A stretch of DNA of 64,000 nucleotides from the IMG/VR virus record IMGVR_UViG_3300036770_008715, positions 76,074-140,073 of that record; one strand, written 5' to 3'. Both the position numbers and the translations under genes were made by a program. How positions within the stretch are numbered: position 1 is the stretch's first letter; every line of letters starts with the position of its first letter. Positions 18,997 through 29,200 of this stretch are shown in pieces. The notes under the pieces were generated by a model, which was not told the DNA's origin, ran no database searches, and saw only the letters and a list, made by a program, of their open reading frames with translations. The stretch comes from a virus.

Positions 18997-20727
18997 TTAG
19001 GGTAGAGGTGCTGGGCCAACATCAGCCAAAGAGTGGGCTCCCAGAAAATAAGAAGATCCCGCTATAGCATATATAGTCACTACATCCAACTTACCAGAAG
19101 TTCCTGTAGCTAGCACTGGAGTTTCTCCTCCTGACCAATATACTGTATTGGCCCAAGTTACTGTATTGGCTACAGTACTGGATTGTCTGAATACAAATGT
19201 TGCTGGTGCGCCAGTTCCTGCAACAGGAACGTTAGTTAACGTTATTGTCGTAGAAGAGCCGCCAGATCTAGATAAAGTTATATCAAATATATTTGTTAGT
19301 GCCAAGTTAGCAGAATATGCTCCGCTGGTTACGTTGGCAAACGTGATAGCTTCCGTATAGGCTTTGAGCGTTGTACTCGTATTGCCTGTTACCCGTAAAT
19401 CGCCAGAAGATGCGTTGAAAAATAATTTTGGAGTGGAAATCTTTGGTCCCTGGGTTCCAGTTCCAGGAACTAACACAGGATAGAGCGTTGTTGTAGTTGT
19501 ATCGTCATTAGTTGTTATCGACGATCCAACGCCAGGTGCACCTTGTGCGCCAACAGCTCCTTGCCTACCTTGAGACCCCTGGGCACCAGAAGCGCCTTGA
19601 ATGCCTTGGAATCCTTGAGCTCCAAATCCACCTTGAATACCTTGGAATCCTTGGGCTCCAATAGCACCTTGAGCGCCAATAGTTCCTTGTCTACCTTGAG
19701 ATCCTTGAGCGCCAATAGCACCCTGCCTTCCTTGAGATCCTTGAGCACCAATAGAGCCTTGCGCCCCAGCTGCCCCCTGAATTCCCTGGAATCCCTGGGC
19801 TCCAATAGCACCCTGCCTTCCTTGAGATCCTTGAGCACCAATATCTCCTGTTCTATAAAAATCGATCGCAACATCATTTCCATTGATAAAGAAGTCGCCA
19901 GCTGCTCCAGAAACAGTCAAAGTGACTATTCCAGTTGTTGGATTGCTAGATAATGAGTCTAGTGTAAATGTAGAAACTAAATTATCACTATATTGTTTAA
20001 ATACCAAAAAACCTTTTATTGCAGATCCGCTATCATCCCAAGCTGTTAAATATGATGCAACATTATTACCAAATTTATCGTTTCTATTAATTGCAATAGT
20101 TGTTACGCCACTAAATGGCGGGAGATTTACGTTATATCGGAAATTACCAGAAGCTGGATCGCCCGTCGTAGCGTTACTGAATGTATATGTTAATCCACTA
20201 TAACCCAGTGCTCCTTGAATTCCTTGGTGTCCCTGCCTTCCTTGGTGGCCTTGTGCGCCAGAGCCAGGACTACCTTGAATACCTTGGAATCCTTGGGCTC
20301 CAATAGCACCTTGAGCGCCAATAGTTCCTTGTCTACCTTGAGATCCTTGAGCGCCAATAGTTCCTTGTCTACCTTGAGCTCCCTGTACCCCTTGCGCTCC
20401 TGGTACTACAGCCGCAACAATGAATTCAATATCGGCATTTCCACTTGTAAAATCATTTGTTACTACAACATTAAGTGATGCGGTATTTTTAAAATTTAAC
20501 TGGCTTGAATTTGCTCTTACTATTCCATCAAGAGAAACTCTAACTGTATTTGCAGATTTAGCAACATCTCCAAGAACATCAGCAAAATCAGCTCCACCAA
20601 CAGTTAGTTTGTTTGCAACAGTTAAATTTCCCGTGGAAACGTTTCTTGATACTACAACGTTACCAAGAAAATCAGATTCACCGACTACTAATAATCCATT
20701 ATCAACTTTAAAACTGGTATTTGCCAT
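18997..20727 (-). CDS. Collagen-like (G-X-Q) tail fibre protein
   Basis: 576 aa; MANTSFKVDNGL N-terminus, two G-X-Q tracts separated by a globular domain, and a C-terminal tip domain. Confidence 0.8.
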   Translation of the reverse strand: MANTSFKVDNGLLVVGESDFLGNVVVSRNVSTGNLTVANKLTVGGADFADVLGDVAKSANTVRVSLDGIVRANSSQLNFKNTASLNVVVTNDFTSGNADIEFIVAAVVPGAQGVQGAQGRQGTIGAQGSQGRQGTIGAQGAIGAQGFQGIQGSPGSGAQGHQGRQGHQGIQGALGYSGLTYTFSNATTGDPASGNFRYNVNLPPFSGVTTIAINRNDKFGNNVASYLTAWDDSGSAIKGFLVFKQYSDNLVSTFTLDSLSSNPTTGIVTLTVSGAAGDFFINGNDVAIDFYRTGDIGAQGSQGRQGAIGAQGFQGIQGAAGAQGSIGAQGSQGRQGAIGAQGSQGRQGTIGAQGAIGAQGFQGIQGGFGAQGFQGIQGASGAQGSQGRQGAVGAQGAPGVGSSITTNDDTTTTTLYPVLVPGTGTQGPKISTPKLFFNASSGDLRVTGNTSTTLKAYTEAITFANVTSGAYSANLALTNIFDITLSRSGGSSTTITLTNVPVAGTGAPATFVFRQSSTVANTVTWANTVYWSGGETPVLATGTSGKLDVVTIYAIAGSSYFLGAHSLADVGPAPLP

Positions 20728-20739
20728 TTAAAATTAACC

Positions 20740-22851
20740 TTACTTTATTAAATTTGCCACTACTTTTGTGGTACAACTAGCAAAACTTGTGGTTAAATAA
20801 ATTTCAACATTTCCGCCAACGACAGCAGTAGAGAAATTTCCTAGTAGAGAACTTCCTTGGGTTGTTGATGGCGGTGATGAGACTGTAGCATATACAGTCA
20901 TATGCGAATTACCATTTACTTGAGTGACAATAGCTTCAGACATTTGGGTTGCTGGTACATTAGAACCAAATCCCACATCAGTGCTTTGAACTTCAATTAA
21001 AAGTTTGGCGCAAGAGTATTGGGATGTTGGGAAATAGTAAATTCTTCTTGTTCCAGCAGCTCCAATATTACTATTGGCTAAACCTTCGATTACATGGAAA
21101 TCCTGCATGGTGGTTGTTCCACCAACAGTCAGAGCACCGCCAACGCCAAGAGTAGAACCTACATTGGCAAAAGTCCCAACTGAAACGTTTCCGCCGATGC
21201 TCGAATTTTGAGCTACTATCAAGTTGGCATATAACGTAGTGTTTCTTCTCACCTCTAATGTTGAGCCAACGTTAAGAGTTCCAGCAATGTTAGCTCTAGA
21301 TCCTATCGAAACATTTCCAGTTACTGAGGCATTTTGGGATATGATTAGGTTGGCATAACCAGTAATGTTTCTGCGCACCTCTAATGTTGAGCCAACGTTA
21401 AGAGTTTCAGCAATATTAGCTCTAGAACCAATAGAAACGTTTCCTGTCACTGAAGCGTTTTGTGATATAATCAGGTTTGCATAACCAGTAATGTTTCTAC
21501 CAACTTCCAGTGTAGAACCAACATTAAGAGTATCAGCGATATTAGCCGCTCCACCAACAGTCAGATTCCCGCCAACCCCTAGATTTGTACCAACGTTGGC
21601 AAAAGATCCAATTGAAGTGTTTCCTGCTATTGAGGCGTTTTGGCTTATTATTAAGTTTGCATAACCAATAATATTTCTAGAGACTTCTAATGTTGATCCA
21701 ACATTGAGAGTTCCAGCAATGTTAGCTCTAGAACCTATAGAAACGTTACCAGTAACTGAGGCATTCTGTGATATGATTAAGTTTGCATAACCAATAATAT
21801 TTCTAGAGACTTCTAATGTTGATCCAACATTGAGAGTACCAGCAATGTTAGCTCTAGAACCTATAGAAACGTTACCAGTAACTGAGGCATTTTGGGATAT
21901 GATTAGGTTGGCATAACCTGTTATATTTCTACCAACTTCCAGTGTAGAACCAACATTAAGAGTATCAGCGATATTAGCCGCTCCACCAACAGTCAGATTA
22001 CCACCAACGCCAAGATTTGTGCCAACATTAGCAAACGATCCAATAGAAACATTTCCAGTTACTGAGGCATTTTGGGATATGATTAGGTTGGCATAACCAG
22101 TAATGTTTCTTCTAACCTCTAATGTGGAACCGACGTTTAAGGATCCAGCAATATTAGCTCTAGAACCAATAGAAACGTTTCCTGTCACTGAAGCGTTTTG
22201 TGATATAATCAGGTTCGCATAACCAGTAATATTCCTAGCTACTTCTAATGTTGAGCCAACGTTCAAAGAACCAATAATATTAGCTCTTGATCCAATTGTA
22301 ACATTTCCAGAAACAGTGACGTTTTTTGATACTGATAAATTCGAAGATATTGCAACGTTACCCAATCTAATAGTATTAGCAACAGTTAAGTAGTTAGCAA
22401 CGTTTAGTATTAGACCATTATTTGACTGAAGACCATCCGTTTCTAGCCAACCAGAAGCATATACGTTAGCCAGAGAAGAAATTACGTTATTAAATAACCT
22501 TACTGTTCTAGTGTTACCCATGGCATGGAAATTCAATGAATCATTCGTAAATTTAATATCATTTGCTGCAGCATATATGAAGTTAGTTGTGCCTATTTGA
22601 TCGATCTTAGCTGCAGTCAATTTACCACTAGAAATGGTCGCATCTCCATATGGTACTCGGAGAGCTGTAAATCCACCTGTCACGTTAGATAATTCAATAT
22701 AGCCAACAGCAACGTTGATACTCCCTTGGGGCTTCAGAAAATCTCCTCGACAAACCTCGTTAATATCATTGACATTTAGGTTTGTTTGAATTCTCCAATT
22801 CTCAAAAGTATTTGCAGTTGTAACTGTTGAGATATTAGCCGTACTTGCCAT
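20740..22851 (-). CDS. Fibre/whisker protein with 6-residue-periodic beta-helix repeats
   Basis: N-terminal VTTANTFENWRIQTN (TFxxWRxxTN fibre anchor); eight ~42-aa repeats NVSIGSRANIAGTLNVGSTLEVxRNITGYANLIISQNASVTG; C-terminal YSCAKLLIEV...SE domain. Confidence 0.75.
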   Translation of the reverse strand: MASTANISTVTTANTFENWRIQTNLNVNDINEVCRGDFLKPQGSINVAVGYIELSNVTGGFTALRVPYGDATISSGKLTAAKIDQIGTTNFIYAAANDIKFTNDSLNFHAMGNTRTVRLFNNVISSLANVYASGWLETDGLQSNNGLILNVANYLTVANTIRLGNVAISSNLSVSKNVTVSGNVTIGSRANIIGSLNVGSTLEVARNITGYANLIISQNASVTGNVSIGSRANIAGSLNVGSTLEVRRNITGYANLIISQNASVTGNVSIGSFANVGTNLGVGGNLTVGGAANIADTLNVGSTLEVGRNITGYANLIISQNASVTGNVSIGSRANIAGTLNVGSTLEVSRNIIGYANLIISQNASVTGNVSIGSRANIAGTLNVGSTLEVSRNIIGYANLIISQNASIAGNTSIGSFANVGTNLGVGGNLTVGGAANIADTLNVGSTLEVGRNITGYANLIISQNASVTGNVSIGSRANIAETLNVGSTLEVRRNITGYANLIISQNASVTGNVSIGSRANIAGTLNVGSTLEVRRNTTLYANLIVAQNSSIGGNVSVGTFANVGSTLGVGGALTVGGTTTMQDFHVIEGLANSNIGAAGTRRIYYFPTSQYSCAKLLIEVQSTDVGFGSNVPATQMSEAIVTQVNGNSHMTVYATVSSPPSTTQGSSLLGNFSTAVVGGNVEIYLTTSFASCTTKVVANLIK

Positions 22852-23064
22852 TTAGTTCAATCTCTGGATGATTTGCTGAAGAAGGGTTTTTATATCCGAA
22901 ACATCTTGCTTCAGCATATTTATTTCATTTTTTTGGGATTCTTTTTCGCTCAACTCCCTCATTTTTTGATTGTGCCTCAAAACAGCGTTCTTATTGACGC
23001 ACAATATTGCATTAGTAGATGTATCTCTAACTAAAGTTTCATTTTCTTTTACTTTAATTTTCAT
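22852..23064 (-). CDS. Small conserved T4-like coiled-coil protein downstream of the VrlC-like gene
   Basis: MKIKVKENETLVRDTSTNAIL...EINMLKQDVSDIKTLLQQI; the start is more likely 23064 than the track start. Confidence 0.7.
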   Translation of the reverse strand: MKIKVKENETLVRDTSTNAILCVNKNAVLRHNQKMRELSEKESQKNEINMLKQDVSDIKTLLQQIIQRLN

Positions 23065-23069
23065 AATTA

Positions 23070-26000
23070 TTATCCAGCTGGGACTGCACTTATTCGAATA
23101 TTGCGAATATAGGGTACAACAGCCAAGTCTGAAGATGTCAAACAAACTTTAACAGCAAAAGACTTAAACACTCTTCCAATAGGATATTCTACCCCGTCAA
23201 GGACATAGGAAAGTTCGTTTTTAGTGAAACTTGGCCTATATTCAAACTCTCTAATTGAGTTCGAATCTTTGGAGAAAATATCTGATCTTCTCTCCATTCT
23301 AACCCAGGTTTTTTCCCAAAATTTTTCAGTATCATCAATACCAAGAACTTTATAATATACTTGGATATCTGTCCCTACTGGTCTTATTGCATCCATGAAT
23401 ACGATTAAATCGCCAGCTTCAAATCCTTCCAATAAAGCAATTTGTCTGGTTTGGTATCTTGCTTTAATATTTCCTCCCCACTTACCAGTCTCTCCTCTAG
23501 CAATAATTAGAGCCTCTTCTTGACCTGAGAGATCTTCAGGAGGAGCCAAAGTTATTGTTGGAGTTTCATAATAACCGCTGCCTTCAGATACCATAAAGAT
23601 AGAATCGATTCTATTTGTTCCATCAGTATTAGCAACAGCAAATCCTTTAGCTCCAGAACCAACGGTTGAATTTATCACTAAACCATAATATGCAATATTT
23701 GCATCACCATCATAATATGTGGTTCTATGAGCAGTTGCTGCAGCATTTAACGTTGTATAATCGGTTGCAGTATAAAGAGTAGAACCAACAAGATTCCCAT
23801 TTGGAACCTTTTTATATCCAAGCCCCTTTGTTGCTATTGATATAATATTGTTAGAAAGTTCAGCATTATTAATCACATACTCAGAAACTGCAACTGAAAT
23901 TGATTCCTTATTAATTATAGGTGAAATGTTTGGATCAGTTGTAGTTAAGTCTGCTCTTACGACGATACTATCTCTTTTACCTTTATTGATAAATCTTGTG
24001 TTGGTGAGAGAAGCACTTTTATCTGCAAGCTCACCATATCTAAGCATTTTATGTGGCTTAATATCAGTGTAATTAACTTCTTCTGTTGCAACATTTGTGC
24101 TTGGATTCTTTCTATAACTTTTTATTGTATAGTCTGTGACTGCATTGCCAAACCCAAGATCATTTGTATGAAGAATTACCTTACCGACATCTAAGTTGGC
24201 TTTGGGGGGATCCTTCATTTTAAATAATGCATAACCGCTGCTGGTATTGAATACAGCCTTGTTAATAACAAACATCAAATCTTGATTTTGATATGCAGTC
24301 CAAGTAGAACTATTTTGCGACTTGAATAATGATCCAGCATATGGTTGATCACTGATTCTTCTAGGAGGGCTAGCATTAAGAACATCTTGTCCAAGCTCGG
24401 CGATCCAAAGTTCATACTCTGGCGACTCTGAGCCAACTGTTAATGCATATTCAGTATCTGGCTCCAGGTATACTGGATCTCTAAATCTAAATGTGGTTTT
24501 TGTTTTTGCATTTGTAACGTCAGGCTTAGTAGAAACTTTCACATCACTTGCATCAACTTTAGTTCTAGCGATGTAGTTTTTAGTTGGGTATCCATTAACT
24601 ACCTGTGCAATTCTTAAATTCACAGGCAATTGCATAGAACCTCTAGCTTTACTTGGTTTTGATTTGAAAAATAAATCTACTGAAGTTACGAATATTCCTC
24701 TATTGACTTTATTTGAGCTAGCTTTTGGTGTGAAGAAAGTTTGGGATAATCCATTAACGAATTTTGGTCGTACGATTGAATCAGCATTAGTTCCCAATGA
24801 CGGAGATCCTGCAGCATCAGCATCTTGCGTTAGATTGCTTGGAGCAACAGGATTATCGCCAGAAAATTCAGGGAGCGGCTGAGATACTGGAGTTGATGTT
24901 ATTCTTTGGGTGATATTTAATAAACCAGAAGCCGTAAATTTGGCTGACGCTTTCATGGTAAAGTTGGGATTATCAACTTTATCAGTGTCAGTTATCGTAA
25001 ATATTCTCTCCCCAGTTTTAAATTTATATTCTGGTTCCTCTGGGAGATTAAATATTCCAGCAAGACCACCATTTTCATCAACAACTAAATCGCCTATGCT
25101 ATAGTGCGATGTGCTACCAACTTTTAAATCTGATACTCCAGTATTAACACGAACAGCATTATCAAGAATAGCAACAATTCTCTTGGTTTGTATTGCTCCA
25201 CGGCCAGAAGTTATATGGATAAGCCTACCATCTAATTCTTGACCAACATTAGCTGATAGTTGTAAAACTGTTCTATCTTCGTTAGTCCATAATCCAGTAT
25301 ATTTTTGTACTGTATTTGCAATGACACCAGAATAATGTTTTCTTGATGTTACTTGGAGCCTTTTTCCTGTATCGATAGAAACAAGCGTATCGCCTGCGCC
25401 ATAATTATTAAGTCTGGTGTTTAGAACTTTAATAACAGGAGCACTTGGGTTCGATTCATTACGCAAATTTATTCTATTATTTGCTGTATTGAAGTTTGTT
25501 CTTAGTATACCAGATATGGGTTCAATTGTAAGAACATTAGCCGAAGCCTGGGGTTGGAAATATTTAACTTTACCAATAAAATTAGCTTTCTCGAAAGGGG
25601 CACTTCCGCTTGCTGTCTGGTATACCAAATCTCCATCTTGGAAATGCGTTGTCGACAGAGATGTTGTTGTGGAGATTACGTTACAATAGATAAAGTTTTC
25701 ATTTAAATATACAATATTTTCCCCAGAAGTCCCAACAACAACCATATATGCATTGGTTCTTTGTACATAAACTTCTTCGTCTTGAGAGAATGTTGATGCG
25801 CTGTTTTGGCTTTCAGAATCTAAAACAGTAGCAGTAACCTTTAAAGTGGCACCAGTACTATTGCTTATATACAGAGGAGCGCTTTCGTCAAAGAAACCAG
25901 ATATATCTGCAACTATAAGAACTTTTGTTGAGCTATTGTAAGAAGCAACAACAGAAGAAAATGTTTTATTAGTAAATGAACTTCCTTGCCAGGCAACGTC

Positions 26001-26240
26001 TGTGGTTACTGCTGTATATGATTGTGTTGTGCTGATAGAAATTTGTTTTCTGGCATTAACTTCAATTAAATTGGCTCTTTGCGTTACATGGTTGACAGCA
26101 ATATCATCAAAAAATACAGACGCTTTACGATATGGACGAAGATTATCAGCGTCGAACATAATTTTTTGTCGACGAATATATGGTATCAGCGAACTGTCGG
26201 CAATTAAAGTGCCTTGTGTTACATAAATCGGTTCAGCCAT
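23070..26240 (-). CDS. VrlC/DUF4815-like baseplate structural protein, C-terminal part
   Basis: IPYIR, FKTGERIF, LSQTF...GIFVTSVDLFF.SK, QPYAGSLFKSQNSSTWT..Q.QDLMF, ARYQTR.I.L and FKSFAVKV motifs. Confidence 0.85.
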   Translation of the reverse strand: MAEPIYVTQGTLIADSSLIPYIRRQKIMFDADNLRPYRKASVFFDDIAVNHVTQRANLIEVNARKQISISTTQSYTAVTTDVAWQGSSFTNKTFSSVVASYNSSTKVLIVADISGFFDESAPLYISNSTGATLKVTATVLDSESQNSASTFSQDEEVYVQRTNAYMVVVGTSGENIVYLNENFIYCNVISTTTSLSTTHFQDGDLVYQTASGSAPFEKANFIGKVKYFQPQASANVLTIEPISGILRTNFNTANNRINLRNESNPSAPVIKVLNTRLNNYGAGDTLVSIDTGKRLQVTSRKHYSGVIANTVQKYTGLWTNEDRTVLQLSANVGQELDGRLIHITSGRGAIQTKRIVAILDNAVRVNTGVSDLKVGSTSHYSIGDLVVDENGGLAGIFNLPEEPEYKFKTGERIFTITDTDKVDNPNFTMKASAKFTASGLLNITQRITSTPVSQPLPEFSGDNPVAPSNLTQDADAAGSPSLGTNADSIVRPKFVNGLSQTFFTPKASSNKVNRGIFVTSVDLFFKSKPSKARGSMQLPVNLRIAQVVNGYPTKNYIARTKVDASDVKVSTKPDVTNAKTKTTFRFRDPVYLEPDTEYALTVGSESPEYELWIAELGQDVLNASPPRRISDQPYAGSLFKSQNSSTWTAYQNQDLMFVINKAVFNTSSGYALFKMKDPPKANLDVGKVILHTNDLGFGNAVTDYTIKSYRKNPSTNVATEEVNYTDIKPHKMLRYGELADKSASLTNTRFINKGKRDSIVVRADLTTTDPNISPIINKESISVAVSEYVINNAELSNNIISIATKGLGYKKVPNGNLVGSTLYTATDYTTLNAAATAHRTTYYDGDANIAYYGLVINSTVGSGAKGFAVANTDGTNRIDSIFMVSEGSGYYETPTITLAPPEDLSGQEEALIIARGETGKWGGNIKARYQTRQIALLEGFEAGDLIVFMDAIRPVGTDIQVYYKVLGIDDTEKFWEKTWVRMERRSDIFSKDSNSIREFEYRPSFTKNELSYVLDGVEYPIGRVFKSFAVKVCLTSSDLAVVPYIRNIRISAVPAG

Positions 26241-26251
26241 TTTATTTTACC

Positions 26252-29200
26252 TTATTTAAATCTACCAGTTACGTCTCTATCGATACCACCGCCACCAGAT
26301 GGGGGTGCATATGTTGGTTCAGTGTATGCAACCTGATCATAATTTATTGTTGTAGCTGTACCTGTGGATGGAACAAACATCTGGAATTCATTTGTTGGCA
26401 TCCATGGTAGGAATCCAGCGCCAAAATCAAGTATTGGCATCGGGAATATTATCCCATTCAATAAAGATTCATCGATACCAGTCCATTCATTAGGTGGAGT
26501 TGTTGTGATAATTTCAGGATCGTCGTTACTCGAAGGCGGAACTGCCACAACAGGATCTGGATTTCTGGGATCATCAGTTGTAATTGGGATTATTACATCA
26601 TTTGGCAGATTTATCACATCAACTGGATTTCCAGTACCAGCATCAGTTCCTGGACCTTCTGGCTGAGTTTGAGTATTTGTATTTGCAGATGGTATAACAA
26701 TAATTGTCTCAGTTGTTTTAACTTGGGTAACGATTTCTCTAACAACCTCTTGTATTCTAGTCTCTCTGAAAACCTCAGCTGGAGCCTTGATAATTTCAGG
26801 CCTCAATTCTTCGGATACCCAATAATCTATCTCAGGAGATAGGCTGATATTACCAATAAAAGAAGCAAACAAAAATGGTTGTACTGAAACTGCAGTGTTA
26901 CTCGCCAATGGCTGAGATATTGCAGCTTGTTCTGTGAATGCTAATGATAAAGTTTTACCGTTTCTTTTGGTATTTGTTAAAGAATATGGTCTGATATCAT
27001 AAATTCTTGTTTTAGTTTTTGCTGTAATTCCTTTTGCAGTCTTAGAGACAGAAAAGTCTCTATTCTTATAATCTGCAATATCATAATTTTGAAAACTTTC
27101 TCCGACAAGACCATATTTTTCTTTTTTAGTATTGTCATTATAAAACGCTGGATCAGCAAGAGTTCTATTTTCAATATTATTCAAAGAAGTATAGTATTCC
27201 ACTCTTTGAATTCTTTTATCCAAAGCAGCAAGATCTTTCATAGTGTATCTTTTTGCTTCATTATATTTTAGTCCAATATCACTTATCCTGTGCACATATG
27301 GAGGTAGATAAATTGTATACAAAGTCATTGAATCAGAATCGTCATCTGGTGGCACTGGTGCTACTGCGCTAGTTCCCTTCAGAATCTTGAATTCTTTTGT
27401 TTTCGTTAAAACCAACTTATCTATTCTAGATAACCAATATTTAAATGTAGCTACAACGATTGAATCTGGATCAGAAATTTTTCCACTAATAATAGAACCA
27501 GAAGGATCTCCTATTTTTCTTGTTGGTCTAAAATCAATACTATCTCTTAAATTAAACCTACCATACTTTCTTGAGTAATGTATTGGAATAGTGCCAGACT
27601 CATATTCTTCTTGGGTGTATGAATCGACACTAAAGAAAGTGTTAGAAGAATCTTCAGAATGTTTGTAATAATCTAGATGAATTAAGAGCTTAGCATTTGG
27701 AGTTGGATAACCTTGCTTTAAGGTTATAGTAGCATGATCATAAATTTCATCCTTTTGGCCACCATCAAAAGTAAAGTGGTCTGTAACGTCAAAATAATTT
27801 GTTGACGATGGCCAAAGATCACCATTACTCTTGAGAATTCTTCTAACTCTCAGAACATCTGGCACATATAAACTTAAACTATCACCTGGTCCAATATTAG
27901 TTACAATTTCCCTCAGCATAACAATACCATTATTGGCATCAATTCTAGCCACAGTTTGCGGAGTTGAACTAAATGGATCAACATCGCCCATAGCTCTTTG
28001 TACATCTAACCAAGATGCATCTGGCCCAGTTGGGTATGTGTATAGAGGAGAAACTGTATATGATGTGTTCGATACTAAAGTTTTTCTTCGAATATTTGTT
28101 TCAACATTATCCTGTCTAACAACAACATAAGCAGATACTTCTGAAACACCAGTTGCCAGGTTATTCGTACTCAAATCAACAATTATGCCGTCGCCCAATC
28201 CATTTAAGTTAACATGATTGGAATTCAGCCTTAATATCTCACCATTTGAAACAGTGGTTGATGTTCCCTTATTTCTTACAACTACAATCAAATTATCTTC
28301 AATATTCGAATTTGTTGGTAACCAATCGATTCTTTCTGATCCAGAAGTTAAATACCCACCAGGTTCAATTGTAAATGAATTACTAACAACTGAAATGCTT
28401 TGAATATATTTGTTATGGTAATAATCTACATTTTGTAAAGAAATGCTACCGCCAAAAGATCTCTGGACATACTCTTGCGGTAATCTAAATATTAGAGATT
28501 TATAATCGTTTTCTTTAAGCCAAACATCTCCTAATTGGTTCTTTGAGCTTTGCGCCACGTTAGCTGACATTGTCACATTTGATGTTGTCATATTACTAAA
28601 ATCTAGTTTAATAAATGATTCAACATCTTTAAACTTGGGATTTATTTGTACTACAGCATTCTGAGTTGGAACTGAATTTTCATCAAATGGTAAATCCAAA
28701 TATGCAGTTCTACTAGAACCATCATATCTTGTTATAGTTCTCGTTTGATTAACAACATTAGAAGTTATTGGCAGCTGCTTTTCAAGATACCTGTCTCCAT
28801 ATAAATTACCGCTGGTAAATGCTTTCGACCATGGCCGATCAGCAACTATAAAAGTTGTGGTCACTTTAGTTGCAATTCTAGTTTCGCCATTAAATCGTAT
28901 AGTATCTCCAACATTACATCTTGTTCTTAAATTAGTTGTATTTGCCCCATGCCTATGAATCCATCTAGTTGCCGAAATGTTGACGTTAGCATTAGCAACA
29001 ACATCCAGCCTAAAAGGCATCATAGTTATAGTCATATTTGTATATGCACCATCTATTGAAGGTGCAGTTGTTGGTAAAACGATTGTATTTGAAGTGCTAC
29101 CTGTTGATAACTTATACAACATAGGCTTAATATCGATATCAGTAACATATAGATTATAGGTTCCATTACTATCACCAGAAGGCAAAACAGAAGTATTTGC

